A stretch of 64,000 nt of DNA from Felis catus (lineage: Eukaryota): contig NC_058368.1 in the NCBI RefSeq assembly GCF_018350175.1, positions 172,858,001 to 172,922,000 of the forward strand, in the 5' to 3' direction. Position numbers and translations under genes: made by a program. The notes beneath the pieces were generated by a model. That model was not told the DNA's origin. It did no database searches and was given only the letters and a program-made list of their open reading frames with translations. Shown one piece after another: positions 52,216 through 64,000 of the stretch. The stretch's first letter is position 1, and each line of letters begins with the position of its first letter.

Positions 52216-53559
52216 CTAGAACAAGAAATAGCTCTTAATGGCAAAAAGCACAACTGTGTTTCCAGGTACACCTTATTTTTTAAAAAATTAATGAAAATAA
52301 CAATCTCCAAAGAAGTTCATGTACACGTAACTAGTCACTTTAGCGAAGGATTATTCAAGAAACACAAATATGATGCTTCAACTATTTGACAATGAAAACC
52401 ACCTCCCCACTCCTATCACGGTTACCAGGAGAAAGACTGGGATACACTGGACAATGAAGATCAACCAAGATGAAAGTAAGTAAACTAGGGCTCCATTATA
52501 ATGCTGATATGGATAGTTGAACCCTTTAAGTGCCCCCAAACCTGAAAGTCAGTTTCCCTAAACTATGATCCTTTTCCGAAGAACATGCTCTGTCTGCTGC
52601 CTTTCCACATTTTACAATACTGTCCTCCTGACACTGTGGCCATACTAGCTTTCACTCTTGCTGTCCACCTTGCCTGCAATGCTTTAACACTCAACTAGTC
52701 TAAGCCAACAACTATTTGTCTTTCAATTTTCAACTTAAAATATTCTCAGAGTCAAAGCTAGTTTGAGGCCCTTTACCATTTACCACTGCCTCCAGAACCT
52801 TTTGTGCTTCCACACTGGGTGATTACTTGATCAATGTCTGCCCCCCTTAGAATGTAAACTTTATGAAAACATGGACCATGTCTCTATTATTGATCAATGC
52901 ATTTGGAGCACAATGCCCAACACACAGTAGATAATAACCACTTAGCAAATAACGAAACAGACTGATATTCACTTCCTTTTCTAGAGACAAACTTCAGAAT
53001 TCTTCATAAAGCATAACTAGAATAAAGTTTATTTTATTAAAATGTCAAGATTTATTCTACACAAAGACTACATAATATTATCTACCAGAAACTTGCAGGT
53101 CCTTCTAAGTTTGAAATTGTAGATGTTAGTGTGCTTTTTATAGTACAGAGGGCCTAATCCTCTTCTTCATTTTCCATGAACTCAAACCCAGTGAAAACAG
53201 ATTTTATTAGGTGATTAACACCTTTGTATCACATGTTCATTATCCCCTTTCTCTTAACTACAGGTTCCAGGATTGTCACAAAAGAGCAAATAAGGTCATA
53301 GTATCTCTATGAATTCCCTTCATTTTTTCATCCTCATACACAGTGAACATGTTTAATACTAAGGACTTTAGAGGTAAAGGAGACTTTCCCAAGCCTATAA
53401 ACTCTAGAAGGACACAGCAAGACTAATAGTAAGGTTAATCCTTAACTATGTTATCTTCCCTCTAATGATCATCTCCTATTCATCAAGAATAACTACTCCT
53501 ATTAAGCAAATGCAAAGAAGAAAAAAAAAAATCTATAAATTATGAAAAACTTTCTTTAC

Positions 53560-53829
53560 CTTTTTAATATCGGTTTTTGTCCGGAGACCCCAGCCCCTCT
53601 GTAATGTGCGAAAAATTTCAACCTCTGGATACTGGCGCTTAGTGAAGCACTGGTTTTGGCAGCGTCCTCCGGCAGGACATACTGTGGGGTGGCACTCATA
53701 GAGCAGCATGCGGTTGATACACTCGGAGTCTATCCCACAGGGGTTATCATCAGTAGCTTTACAGTTGCAACGGGGAATTTCAGACAAGTCTGCAGTAAAG
53801 ATCTGTACCCTGCCAATAGGACGGTTCAC
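53560..53829 (-). CDS. NSD1: NSD1 exon (AWS and start of SET)
   Basis: [48 protein letters not shown]...[12 protein letters not shown]; 270 nt. Confidence 0.96.
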
Positions 53830-53949
53830 CTGGAAAAGAAATACATACTATAGAACATCAGGCAAGCCAACACAAGCCAGTTTAGGACCTATTAAAAGAT
53901 AGACGTCTTTTCCTTGAAGTTGAATGCCACATTTTACAGGATTTTGAAC

Positions 53950-54430
53950 TTCGTGGCATTATTCACAATAGCTAAAATGTGGCAAGAACCCATATACATC
54001 CACAGATAACACATGGATATACAAAATGTGGTATAAATAATAGAATATTATTCAGCTTAAAAAGAAAGGAAATTCTGACACATGGTATAATATGGATGAA
54101 CCTGAAGTACATTATTGTACATGAAATAAGCCAGTCACAAAAAGACAAATACTGTATTTTTCCAACTTATATAAGGTACTTATAGTAGTCAAAATCATAA
54201 AGACAAAAAGTAGAATGGTGGTTTTGAAGAAATGAGAGGAGGGGAGAATGGGAAGCTAATGTTTAATGGGTAGAGTTTCAGGTTTACTAGATGAAAAAAA
54301 ATACTGGAGATATATGGTGGTAATGGCTGCAAACATTATGAATGCACTTAATATCACTGAACTGTATGTTTAAATAGGATTAGGCTGATAAATTTTATGT
54401 TATCTATATTTTACAATAAAAAAATTGAAA
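53950..54430 (+). mobile_element. L1MA/MB 3' end
   Basis: gcattattcacaatagctaaa...gaaataagccagtcacaaaaagacaaatactgta. Confidence 0.8.
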
Positions 54431-55139
54431 AAAGATTTAGGCACGTTTGACATAAAGCCTTACTTAATATACAAATTATGAATCCCACAAAAAATTTTTG
54501 AAAATCACTTAAAAAAAAGGTAGTTTAACAGCTGGTACGCCAAAGTGAACTGTAAACTGAGTTTCTGCTATTACCACATGGTGGCACCACTTCAGCAGCT
54601 ACATTAAAAAAAAATTCTTAAATTATAATGGCTTGCATGAGAAGGTCTTTGGGTAACTGAGGTTCCTGTTATGTGAAGATATATTTTAATATTTATTACC
54701 ATAATATGAAATCTTTTTAATAGACTATAGCAATGTCACTCATGCATTTATTTAGTAGTAGTCAAAAACAGTGAAAATCTGCTGAGGTAAAACACAGAGG
54801 TCAAACAAACAGCTGCTATAACACTGAAGCCATTAGTTTTTCAAATGCTGGTAGCAACAATTTGAGGCAAAAAACAGACATTTCATAATACAGATGGATT
54901 TGTGTACTATGAGAATGAGTCTCCCCTACCTGATATTATTTCATGGGTAATAGTCAAACTGTGAGTCTTTAAAAACTCAACCCTTTCATAAAAATTGGCT
55001 ATTCAGGAATTTTATCAAAATTTTGATAAATCACTTGTTAACATTGTTGTGAGAATAAGAAATAACAAATAAAAGTTATAGTACAGAGCTTACTACAGCC
55101 TCTTAAACATGGTAGATATTAAATTAAGTTGTCCTTTTA

Positions 55140-55162
55140 ATATCTTATTTATCTATTTATTT

Positions 55163-55237
<75 letters not shown>

Positions 55238-55362
55238 TCTTAAAAGGAGGCTCCATGCTCAGTATGGAGCCCAATGCAGGACTTGATCCCACGACCTGGG
55301 ATCATGACCTGAGCTGAAATCAAGAGTCAGATGCTTAACTGATTCAGTCAGCTAGGCACCTA
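55140..55362 (-). mobile_element. Can-SINE with a long (GA)n tract (~55167-55229)
   Basis: Pure GA repeat within a SINE body. Confidence 0.88.
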
Positions 55363-56044
55363 TTAATGTCCCTTTTAAGTATCTTCACATCAAATATTTG
55401 AGATTACCTTATCTATTCAATCTAAAATCACTGATTAACAAAAGTTATTTCCACCTGCTAAATTCCCAAAAAGTTTCATTTCTAACATTTTAGTTTTTGC
55501 CTACTGTTTAACAATATCATAAAATCTCCACTGTCTTTGCAGAAATATAATGTCTTCAAACCAGTTCTCGATAGCACCTTAGAAGGATGTAACTCTATCA
55601 GATCTCTTCCCAGATTTTTCAAATACTGGTAAAAATTGTAAACTTCTTGTTAATGGAGGAATATTGTTACCACATGAAGTTATACTATTGAAGGCATACT
55701 ATTACCACTGAAGTCACAAAACTCAAGAAAGCAAATTATAAAAGTATAGAGGTAAGGACTAAGTTCAATCACCTCAGACTACAGGTCCTACAAATAGGGC
55801 ATTTGAACATGCACCTCTGTCTCAAGATGAGTACCCTTACCTGACCTCCCTCCCACAAAATTTTCATCCTACTCCTTTTCTTCTATAAAGATATGTTTCA
55901 ATCATTTGGAAGATCTAATCTAATTTGTTACTAATCCCAAGTAAGTTTCTTGCCTAACATAATATAAAGCAAAACAAAAAAAACACATTGTTTAGTAAGA
56001 ATAAAATATAAATATGTAAGTACAGTTAAATTTAGCTCACTCTA

Positions 56045-56370
56045 GATCAGAGATTGACAAACTTTTCCTGTAAATGGCTAGATGGTAAATTTTAGTCTCT
56101 GAAGGGTATAGATTTCTGGTGCATGTAGCTTAATTCTGTCATTGGAGCACAAAAGTAGCATAAGACAATTTCTAAAGAAGCATGGATGAGTGTCAATAAA
56201 ACTTCATTTATGGATACTGATACTTGAATTTCATATAATTTTCATGTCCTGCTTTTCATTTTTATATTTTTCCCAACCAGAGTAGGCCAGATTTGGTCCA
56301 TGGACTGTTGGTTGGTTTGCCAATGGTTTGCCATTTGGTCCATGGACCACAGTTTGCCAACCCTTGATCT
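56045..56370. mobile_element. MER58-like hAT-Charlie element
   Basis: cagagattgacaaacttttcctgtaaa...cagtttgccaacccttg. Confidence 0.7.
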
Positions 56371-57540
56371 AAAACTTTTTCCTGGAAATATATTTGTTTA
56401 TAAAAAGGTGGGGACGGTGTATGAAGGAAAGAAGTTGGCTTCTAAATTCTGTGATTTAGATCACTCACAAGAAGTTTCTCTCTCAACAGCTCAATATGGT
56501 TGACGTGCTACTCAGAAATGCCTCCCTTGCTATTATCTGACATCTATGACTGTGGGAAACCAGATTACTTTCCCCTTTTTGAGGCCTAACTACACTTAGA
56601 TCTCTATGCATTATATCTCCATGCACAATAACTCCACTTAACTCTCAGTATATCACCACCAGTGTCCGTTTAGACTCAATTTTAGATTGAGTCTCTCTTC
56701 ATCAGTTTTATTTGTAAGGATTTATATTTTATTAATCTTATTCTTTCTTAGAGGTCTTCCAAAGATCAAAAGCTAAATTTACCTTTTTTTAAAAGGGGGA
56801 GGGGGGAACCACCCTCATTCTATCTTGCAACTACCATGTACATCCATTAAAACCCTTTTAAAAATCTAAGCTATATTATGGAATTTTAGTGTTCTTAATT
56901 TCCTATATTTTGTAACATTTTACTATTTTATCATTACTCATAGTTACTCATCAGTGATTCCCAACTCTGCCAATAAAGATTTAACTGACAAGAAAACAGA
57001 AAAATAATGAAATCACCAAAGTTCATACATGCAAGAGTTCAACACTCACATTTTAGTTTCTGTATGGCATTGCCCAAAGTGCTAAATCATCTTTCCAGAA
57101 TGTATTAAAGAGTCGAGGTAACATCTTTGTAGTCTGCTTTTAGTAGGGTTGCTTTATTGAGCAAATAAAAATCCCAGACACCTGATTAAATTTGAATTTC
57201 AGATTGAAAAATAAAAAATAGGTTTCTAGTTTAGGTATGTCCCATGGAATATTTGGGATATACTTGACTACATTAGCCTCTAAAGATGGTGAAATTGATC
57301 TTTAAGTGAAACCTCAGACTAGAAGACTTTAGAAGCTCAAATATCAATGGGAATACTAATAATAAATTTCTATAGACAAAAAAGAAATACAGTGTTCAGG
57401 AATGACATCAGCATAAATACTGTACAACAAGAAACTGGACAGTCTTATTTTGTTAACAAAGTTAATAATAGCATTCTTTCGTGTCTTCTAACGTTTGAAC
57501 ACAACTAACTTCTTAAAAAGGTTTTTTGAAAAGAGGTTAT

Positions 57541-57665
57541 AGGAGTGCCTGGCTGGCTCAGTTAAGTGTGTGACTCTTGATCTCAGGGTCATGAGTTCAA
57601 GCCCCATGTTAGGTGTAGAGATTACCTATTTAAATAAATAAAACTTAAAAAAAAAAAGAATAAAG
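57541..57665 (+). mobile_element. Short, older Can-SINE
   Basis: tRNA-Lys-like head and an A tail. Confidence 0.8.
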
Positions 57666-58292
57666 AAGTTTTAGTAAATACTTGTTGAAATGTCTAGTAA
57701 ATTTGTTCTACATTATTCCTGTATTTTTAACTTCTCTTAATTATTCATAAAAATGACTTAAAACATAAAAAAATACAAAGGATCCGAAGGACCCTGATGA
57801 TAAACAGTGAGGACTCTTACTCTACTAGGTTCATTAAGGGTTAGGTACACCTAACAGGAACTTTACTGACCTTGGGAAACCCAGTCATAGTGGTCACCTA
57901 AAATATCTTTAGTATCAGCCATTACCAAGAAGACTTACCCTGTGTATTATTCACACTATCTCGGGACTATTTATCACTTTTTATCATGGTTCTTGAACCT
58001 CCTTCAAACTGCAAGATATTGACTGTGCACATAATCTAATCCAATCTACTTCTATAAAAAGACTTTCCAAAGCAACAGAAAAAATTATAAAACACAACTG
58101 ATTTTACATAAAAGTGTAGACAAGGTGCTAGGAATGCTGCTCTGGAACTTTTTTATCTTCTTTCAAGTTCATACCTCTACCTAAAAGCAACTGTGTTTGT
58201 GCTTCCAATCCTCTTCATGAACACAGCAGGAAGAGAGAGAGATCTATATAGGGTCTCTCCTAGAGACAGAGTCTCCTGAGGTCTTCTCTCAC

Positions 58293-58405
58293 CTTTATAT
58301 GCTTGTAAGGTGGTGGCTTCTTGTCATTCTTTCGGTCTTCCTGCAGCTGCCTTAGCTCTTTTTGTGCCTTTAACTCCTCAAACCTTGCTGCAGCTTCTTG
58401 AAGAG
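58293..58405 (-). CDS. NSD1: NSD1 exon (linker after PWWP2)
   Basis: [38 protein letters not shown]; 113 nt. Confidence 0.95.
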
Positions 58406-59684
58406 CTAAGAAAACACACAGCACAAGTCACTTAATCTTAGGTGGACTTGTTCATTTTGCCTTTTTTTCCCCTTTAAAGTTGGAGAAAATCCACGTCTTT
58501 TACACAAAACTCAACCAGCATTATATGGAAAATTAAGAAGTATATATGACTGCTATTTTCAAGTTAATTTATAGTTCCCAGGGTATTCAGATTTAGCATT
58601 AATACAAAACATAATCCACCATTAAATGGCACAATGCAGGCTACCACCCTCAGAGGAAAATTTAAAACAAAAACAAATCCAGCCAAATGATTTGAAAAAG
58701 CCCACAAATAACATCTCCTAACAACGAGACTGCATCTGTTCAGCAAAGTCACTGCCCTTCATTAAGCCAAATTCTTGCCTCAGTTCTGAACCTCTTGCCT
58801 CCAGAAACACTCCGTCTCTTTAGTGCCAAATACCATGCTACATTCCTTTGGAAGAAACTCAAACTTAAAGTTTTCCTCTCCTTCTTACCCAATTTTCTAG
58901 AGTACCTGTCCTATTCCTCTCCTAAGGCTCATTCTGTAAATATCAACTATTAGCTATAAAGATACAATAACAGATCTTCATAGCTGATTTGTATTCAAGT
59001 ACTATACTTTCATATGCTTGAAAGAGTGTAATATCTTAGAAGTCCAACAAAATCTTAAGATTCTTTCTTTTTCCATGTAAAACTAATTTTTAATTCATTC
59101 TCCTTTTTTAGAATTCATTATTCCTGAACCAGGTTAAAAATTCTGAAAAGAATTCCAATTCTTTCCCCTCCTTCCTCTCTGCAGCTTTCCCCATATTGTT
59201 AGCTATTTAAAGAAAATATCCCCTTTGATCCACCCCTTTTTCTCCATTTCCCTGTCACCATCTAACAGAATTCGTGTTGCCCTGAATCCTCTTATTGTTA
59301 TAATCACTCCTTTCTTCATGCTATTATTCACCATGTCCTGCCTAGTCTGTCTACTTAATGTCTATCCAAATACTCATCATCCTCTCTACCCCAGAGTCAC
59401 TTCACTGTGACAGTCTTATCATCTCTGTTCAGAAGTACTGAAACAGCCATCTCACTGACATTCTGGCTATAGCCTCTCACGTTTATGGTCCTCAAGTTTA
59501 ACTTAGACAAAAGTTTCTAAAAAGTCTGCTCTGACCATGTAACTTACCTACCTTTTCTGGCAAACAGCCCTGTGTTCCCCAACCCCATCTTCAACTGTAC
59601 TGCATAGAGGTCACTAACTCAGTTTGTTAAAGATTTAATGTATACTTTCACATATGCTGTCTTGTTAACATTTTCATTGTTATT

Positions 59685-61360
59685 ATTTTTTTTTTTTAAG
59701 TTTAAATGTTTGTTTACTTTTGAGACAGAGCAAGTGTTCTGGGGAAGGGCAGAGAGAGATGGAGACAGAGAATCCCAAGCAGGCTCTGTGCTATCAGCAC
59801 TGAACCCGACGTGGGGCTCAAACTCATGAACCTTGAGATCATGACCTGAGCTGAAATCAAGAGTCAGATGCTTAACTGACTGAGCCACCCAGGTGCCCCT
59901 AAAGTTTATTTTTAGAGGTGGGGAGGGGTAGGGAGGGAGGGGAAGAAAGAGCATGTCTGGGGGGAGGGGCAGAGAGAGAGGGAGACAGAATCCTGAGCAG
60001 GCTCCACACTGAAAATTTGATGCAGGACTCAAACTCACAAACCGTGAGATCATGACCAAAGCTGAAGTTGGGACACTTAACCAAGTGAGCCACCCAGGTG
60101 TCCCCCATTTGTTAACTTCTTTGCAGGCAGAGTAGGGCTTAAGAGTTTAGATTCTGGAGTCCAATTGCTAGAGTTTGAAACCTTCCTCTATCACTTATTG
60201 GCACTGGAACCTTGGGTAAGTAATTTTTACTTTTATGATCCTTAGTTTCCTCATCTATAAAATAAGGATAATAACATCTAACTTACAGGGGGTATTACAA
60301 GGACTTAAAGCAGAAAAAACCTGAACAGGGTCTGACAAACAATAAATGAGAACTATTATTATGGTTCACTCTTCAAAGTCACTTGGAAAAAAACCATCCA
60401 GGACTTCTAACTTTGATCCCCAGCACAGTTATGCTTCCTCTTGGTCTGTTCCCATAGCACACCATGCACATTTTTGCCACAACAATCAAAGAATGGCATT
60501 TTGACTGCTTAGATCTCGAATTTGCCCGTAAAAACGTGTATTCTTTGAAGGCAGAGGTACCCAGCCAGCCCAGGGTAGAGGCATAGAAAGAGCAGAATCC
60601 CAGAGCTTTAGTGGGCTCAGACTTGTGGTACTCCCTACAACTCGACCTTCTCCCCCAGCCTCTGTGGTGGCCAGCTCTATGCAGACAAAGATGTTGCTAA
60701 ACTGGTCCCCGACCATCCAAGATTACAAGACTCAAGAGTCAAGCTCCTATAGTATTAATACTAACAGCCTATATTTGCACAGAAACGACACGGTCAACAG
60801 ATAAGTGAGGACCCAATGAAATGACAAGAGGCAAATGGAACCTTTGTGAAACTTGTTCCCTATGGACATCATTCTCATTCCTCATCAAGAAAGTTTTACC
60901 TGCTTACAATCTTATAAAGAATCTTCATCTAATCAAAAAGTTTCACTATTTTTTAATGTTTATTTTTTTTAACTTAAAGTTTATTTATTTATTTTGGGGG
61001 AGAAAGAGAGAGAGAGCGAGCGAGCGAGCCCAAGCTGGGGAGAGGCACAGAGAGAGGGAAAGAGAAAACTCTGTCAGCACAGAGCCCAACTTGGAGCTCA
61101 AATTCACCAACTGTGAGATCATGACCTAAGCTGCAACCAAGAGTCAGAAACTTAACAGACTGAGCCACCCAGATAACCCTTAAATGTTTATTTTTGAGAC
61201 AGCACAAGTTGGGGAGGGGCAGAGAGAGGGGGACCAAGGGTTAAAAGTGGGCTACGAGCTGACAGCAGTGAGCCCAATGTGAGGCTTGAACTCATGAACT
61301 GCGAGATCATGACCTGAGCCAAAGTCGGAGGCTCCACCAACTGAGCCACCCAGGTGCCCC
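59685..61360 (-). mobile_element. Four Can-SINEs in two tandem pairs (~59685-60106, ~60950-61360)
   Basis: Typical motifs. Confidence 0.85.
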
Positions 61361-61682
61361 GAAAGTTTCACTTGTTTAGAATCTCCACCTCACCATGCAG
61401 ATAAAATCTTACATATGTCAATGTCCAAATAAATTAAGAAATAAGAGATACTTATACTGTCTTTCAAAGGACAGCTAAAGGAAGAAAGTAATTATTGTTG
61501 ATGGCATACCAACTCAGCTATGTGCTCTGTGGTTGATGTTTTTATTATCTCACTGAATTCTCAAAGCAACCTTTACTCATTATACAGTAAGAGAAAACTG
61601 AGGCTCATAGTTGATTCAACCCCTCCTAGCCCCAAATGTCCCCATTCCTTCACTACCAGGCCAGCTTAAAAAAATCTCTTTT

Positions 61683-62361
61683 GGGGCGCCTGGGTGGCGC
61701 AGTCGGTTAAGCGTCCGACTTCAGCCAGGTCACGATCTCGCGGTCCGTGAGTTCGAGCCCCGCATCAGGCTCTGGGCTGATGGCTGGGAGCCTGGAGCCT
61801 ACTTCCTATTCTGTGTCTCCCTCTCTCTGCCCCTCCCCCATTCATGCTCTGTCTCTTTCTGTCCCAAAAATAAATAAAAAACGTTGAAAAAAAAAATTAA
61901 AAAAAAAAATCTCTTTTGATTCAGAACATTAATGCTTTCATTTTCAATATTTTCCTTTATTAACTTCTGGTGAATTTTATTTCTTCCCAACAAATCAAAA
62001 CAAAACAAAACAAAACCTTGTGGAACAAACAACTCTACTAGAGATTCTGACTCTTGTCTAGCAAACCATACTGTTTATGCTATAAAATAGTTCCAAAGTT
62101 CCAGTACTTGATAAGATGCTGAGAAAACAGAACTGATAAAACACTTCCCTCAAGGGGCACCTGGATGGCTCAGTTGGTTAAAGCGTCTCACTCTTGATTT
62201 CAGCTCAGGTCAAGATCTCAAGGTTCGTGGGATCAAGGCCCACATTGTGGGCTAACAGCACAGAGCCTACTTGGAATTTTCCCCGCCCCTCCCTCACTCA
62301 GGCTTTCTCTATCTCTCTTTCTTTCTCAAAAGTAAATAAATAAACCAAAAAAAAAAAAAAA
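61683..62361 (+). mobile_element. Two Can-SINEs (young one at ~61683-61909; older one at ~62154-62361)
   Basis: Typical heads and A tails; TSD-like aaaaaaatctctttt. Confidence 0.87.
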
Positions 62362-62575
62362 CTCCCTCAAGGAAATTCTAGTTACCTAAAGGTTAGGCTA
62401 AAAATAATGAGCTATGTGGATCAAGTTCCCTGTAAAATCCTATAGCTATAGCTACATAATGCCCCAGAGATCAGAACACAGCAGCTAATGGAATATATGT
62501 GAATTCTAACGCATAACAGAATACCTGGGTAACAGAGATCTGTGCTGGCCTGAGAAACAAAAAGGATAAAGTTAC

Positions 62576-62781
62576 CTTTTTTATATGTCCCATCCACTCC
62601 TTTGCCCATCTTATCCTTGCTGCTCACATCACCCTCCATATAGGGAAAGACTCGAGCCTGGTGTGTCCACAGATAGTCATTAGACCCAAAGAATAACACA
62701 GGGAACTCGCCAACATCATGTCTCATCTTATCGATATTGGAAGGTACAGCTCGAGGATGGCAGATCTCAGCTGGCCACCAC
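62576..62781 (-). CDS. NSD1: NSD1 exon (PWWP2); the gene continues beyond the window
   Basis: [69 protein letters not shown]; 206 nt. Confidence 0.96.
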
Positions 62782-63255
62782 CTGGGAAAGGTGAAAACAA
62801 GCAAGGAAACCTTTAGAAGGCTGCAGAATAATTAGGGAAACAAGCTACTTTTTAGGACAGGAATAAGGAATAACAAGGTCTATCCACATTAAAGTCCAAC
62901 CTAGCCATTTTTACAATCTAACTAGAGAACAAACAAGTAGTATGCGCTGAAAACGCCCACCTTCATAGATATACTCACATATAAAGTTAGATTCAGTTAT
63001 TCTAGTTTAAAGAATCTATAAAAGGAAACAATAATTTAACAAAATAATAATTATCACACAGATATGAACAAAGCTTTTGACTATAATGTTCACTGAAGAA
63101 TTATCTTTAAGAATGAAAACCTGGACAGCAATCTAAATGTTCAACAATAAGGGAATGAATGATAAGGTAACTATGGCACATGATACAATGAAATACAATT
63201 TGGCTTTTAAAAAACTGTTAGGCATATAGAAAAATGGCACCAAGAAATGCCCCCT

Positions 63256-63361
63256 AAAATAAAATAATAATAAAATAAAATAAAATAAAATAAAATAAAA
63301 TAAAATAAAATAAAATAAAATAAAATAAAATAAAATAAAATAAAATAAAATAAAATAAAAT
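63256..63361. repeat. (AAAAT)n pentanucleotide microsatellite within an old L1 fragment
   Basis: About 20 tandem TAAAA units. Confidence 0.92.
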
Positions 63362-64000
63362 ACATGTAAATTAATACTTTACATGTCCACTTTAGGAAGA
63401 CAATTTGGCATTAGTTATTTAAGGTGGAAACCCCTATCCAAGAAAAACTCCTGTGCATGTACACTAAGGAACACTGACAAACTGCTCCAAACAGAAAAAT
63501 GGATAAATTAACTACACTATATCGGAAGTCTATATGAAAAAGAAATGGAGAATGGCAAAGTATGAACTAGAGCACTACACTAACCACTATAAATCTCAGG
63601 AGCATAATAGTGAATGAAAAAAGCAAGTAGCAGGAAAATATAGCATCAATTCCTTTACATAAACGTCTAAAACATGCAAAACAAAACATTATACATGTGT
63701 AAACATATAGTAACGCAAAGGAATAAAAAACACAAAGTGTCGTATAGTCGTTACTGCTAGGAGTGGGGCAACAGTATATTCAGAAAGGGTCATGGAGGGA
63801 GCCTCAAGTACCAGCAATATGCTATTTCTTTAAATGGGAGGAACATACACAGGTATGTACTTATGTATGTATGTATCAGAAAGGTAAATTTCTGATTCTC
63901 TTAAATCATGCATGTTGTGATATTCTTCTGTATATTCCATGATCAACAAAAATAATTAAAAAAAAGAAAAGACACAAAACTGGGTATAAACCATAAGGCT

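Overview
Mammalian genomic DNA, almost certainly a felid (cat family), judged from the abundant SINEC_Fc-type Can-SINEs and a carnivore-type L1. It is syntenic with human 5q35.3. Gene order: last coding exon and 3' UTR of LMAN2 (+); a ~23 kb repeat-rich intergenic interval (Can-SINEs, L1, MaLR/ERVL LTRs, Tigger1, an ERVL internal fragment, a 30-nt U6 retrocopy); complete MXD3 (+, 206 aa); complete PRELID1 (-, 219 aa) head-to-head with complete RAB24 (+, 203 aa) across a CpG-island bidirectional promoter; then the last eight coding exons and the ~4.7 kb 3' UTR of NSD1 (-). All exon boundaries were read by hand and give intact frames. The most unusual signal is a decayed ~209-codon minus-strand frame at 15243-16347. 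It becomes continuous once a SINE and its TSD are removed, and it shows a tentative, by-eye resemblance to the KEN ribonuclease motif of RNase L/IRE1, so it may be a relic gene. Other items: a palindromic double CHR in the MXD3 promoter, uORFs in the PRELID1 leader, a 5' splice site regenerated at a PRELID1 junction, bidirectional poly(A) signals and a ~23 kb stretch free of Can-SINEs. Repeat subfamily names and human comparisons are from recall, not from a search.
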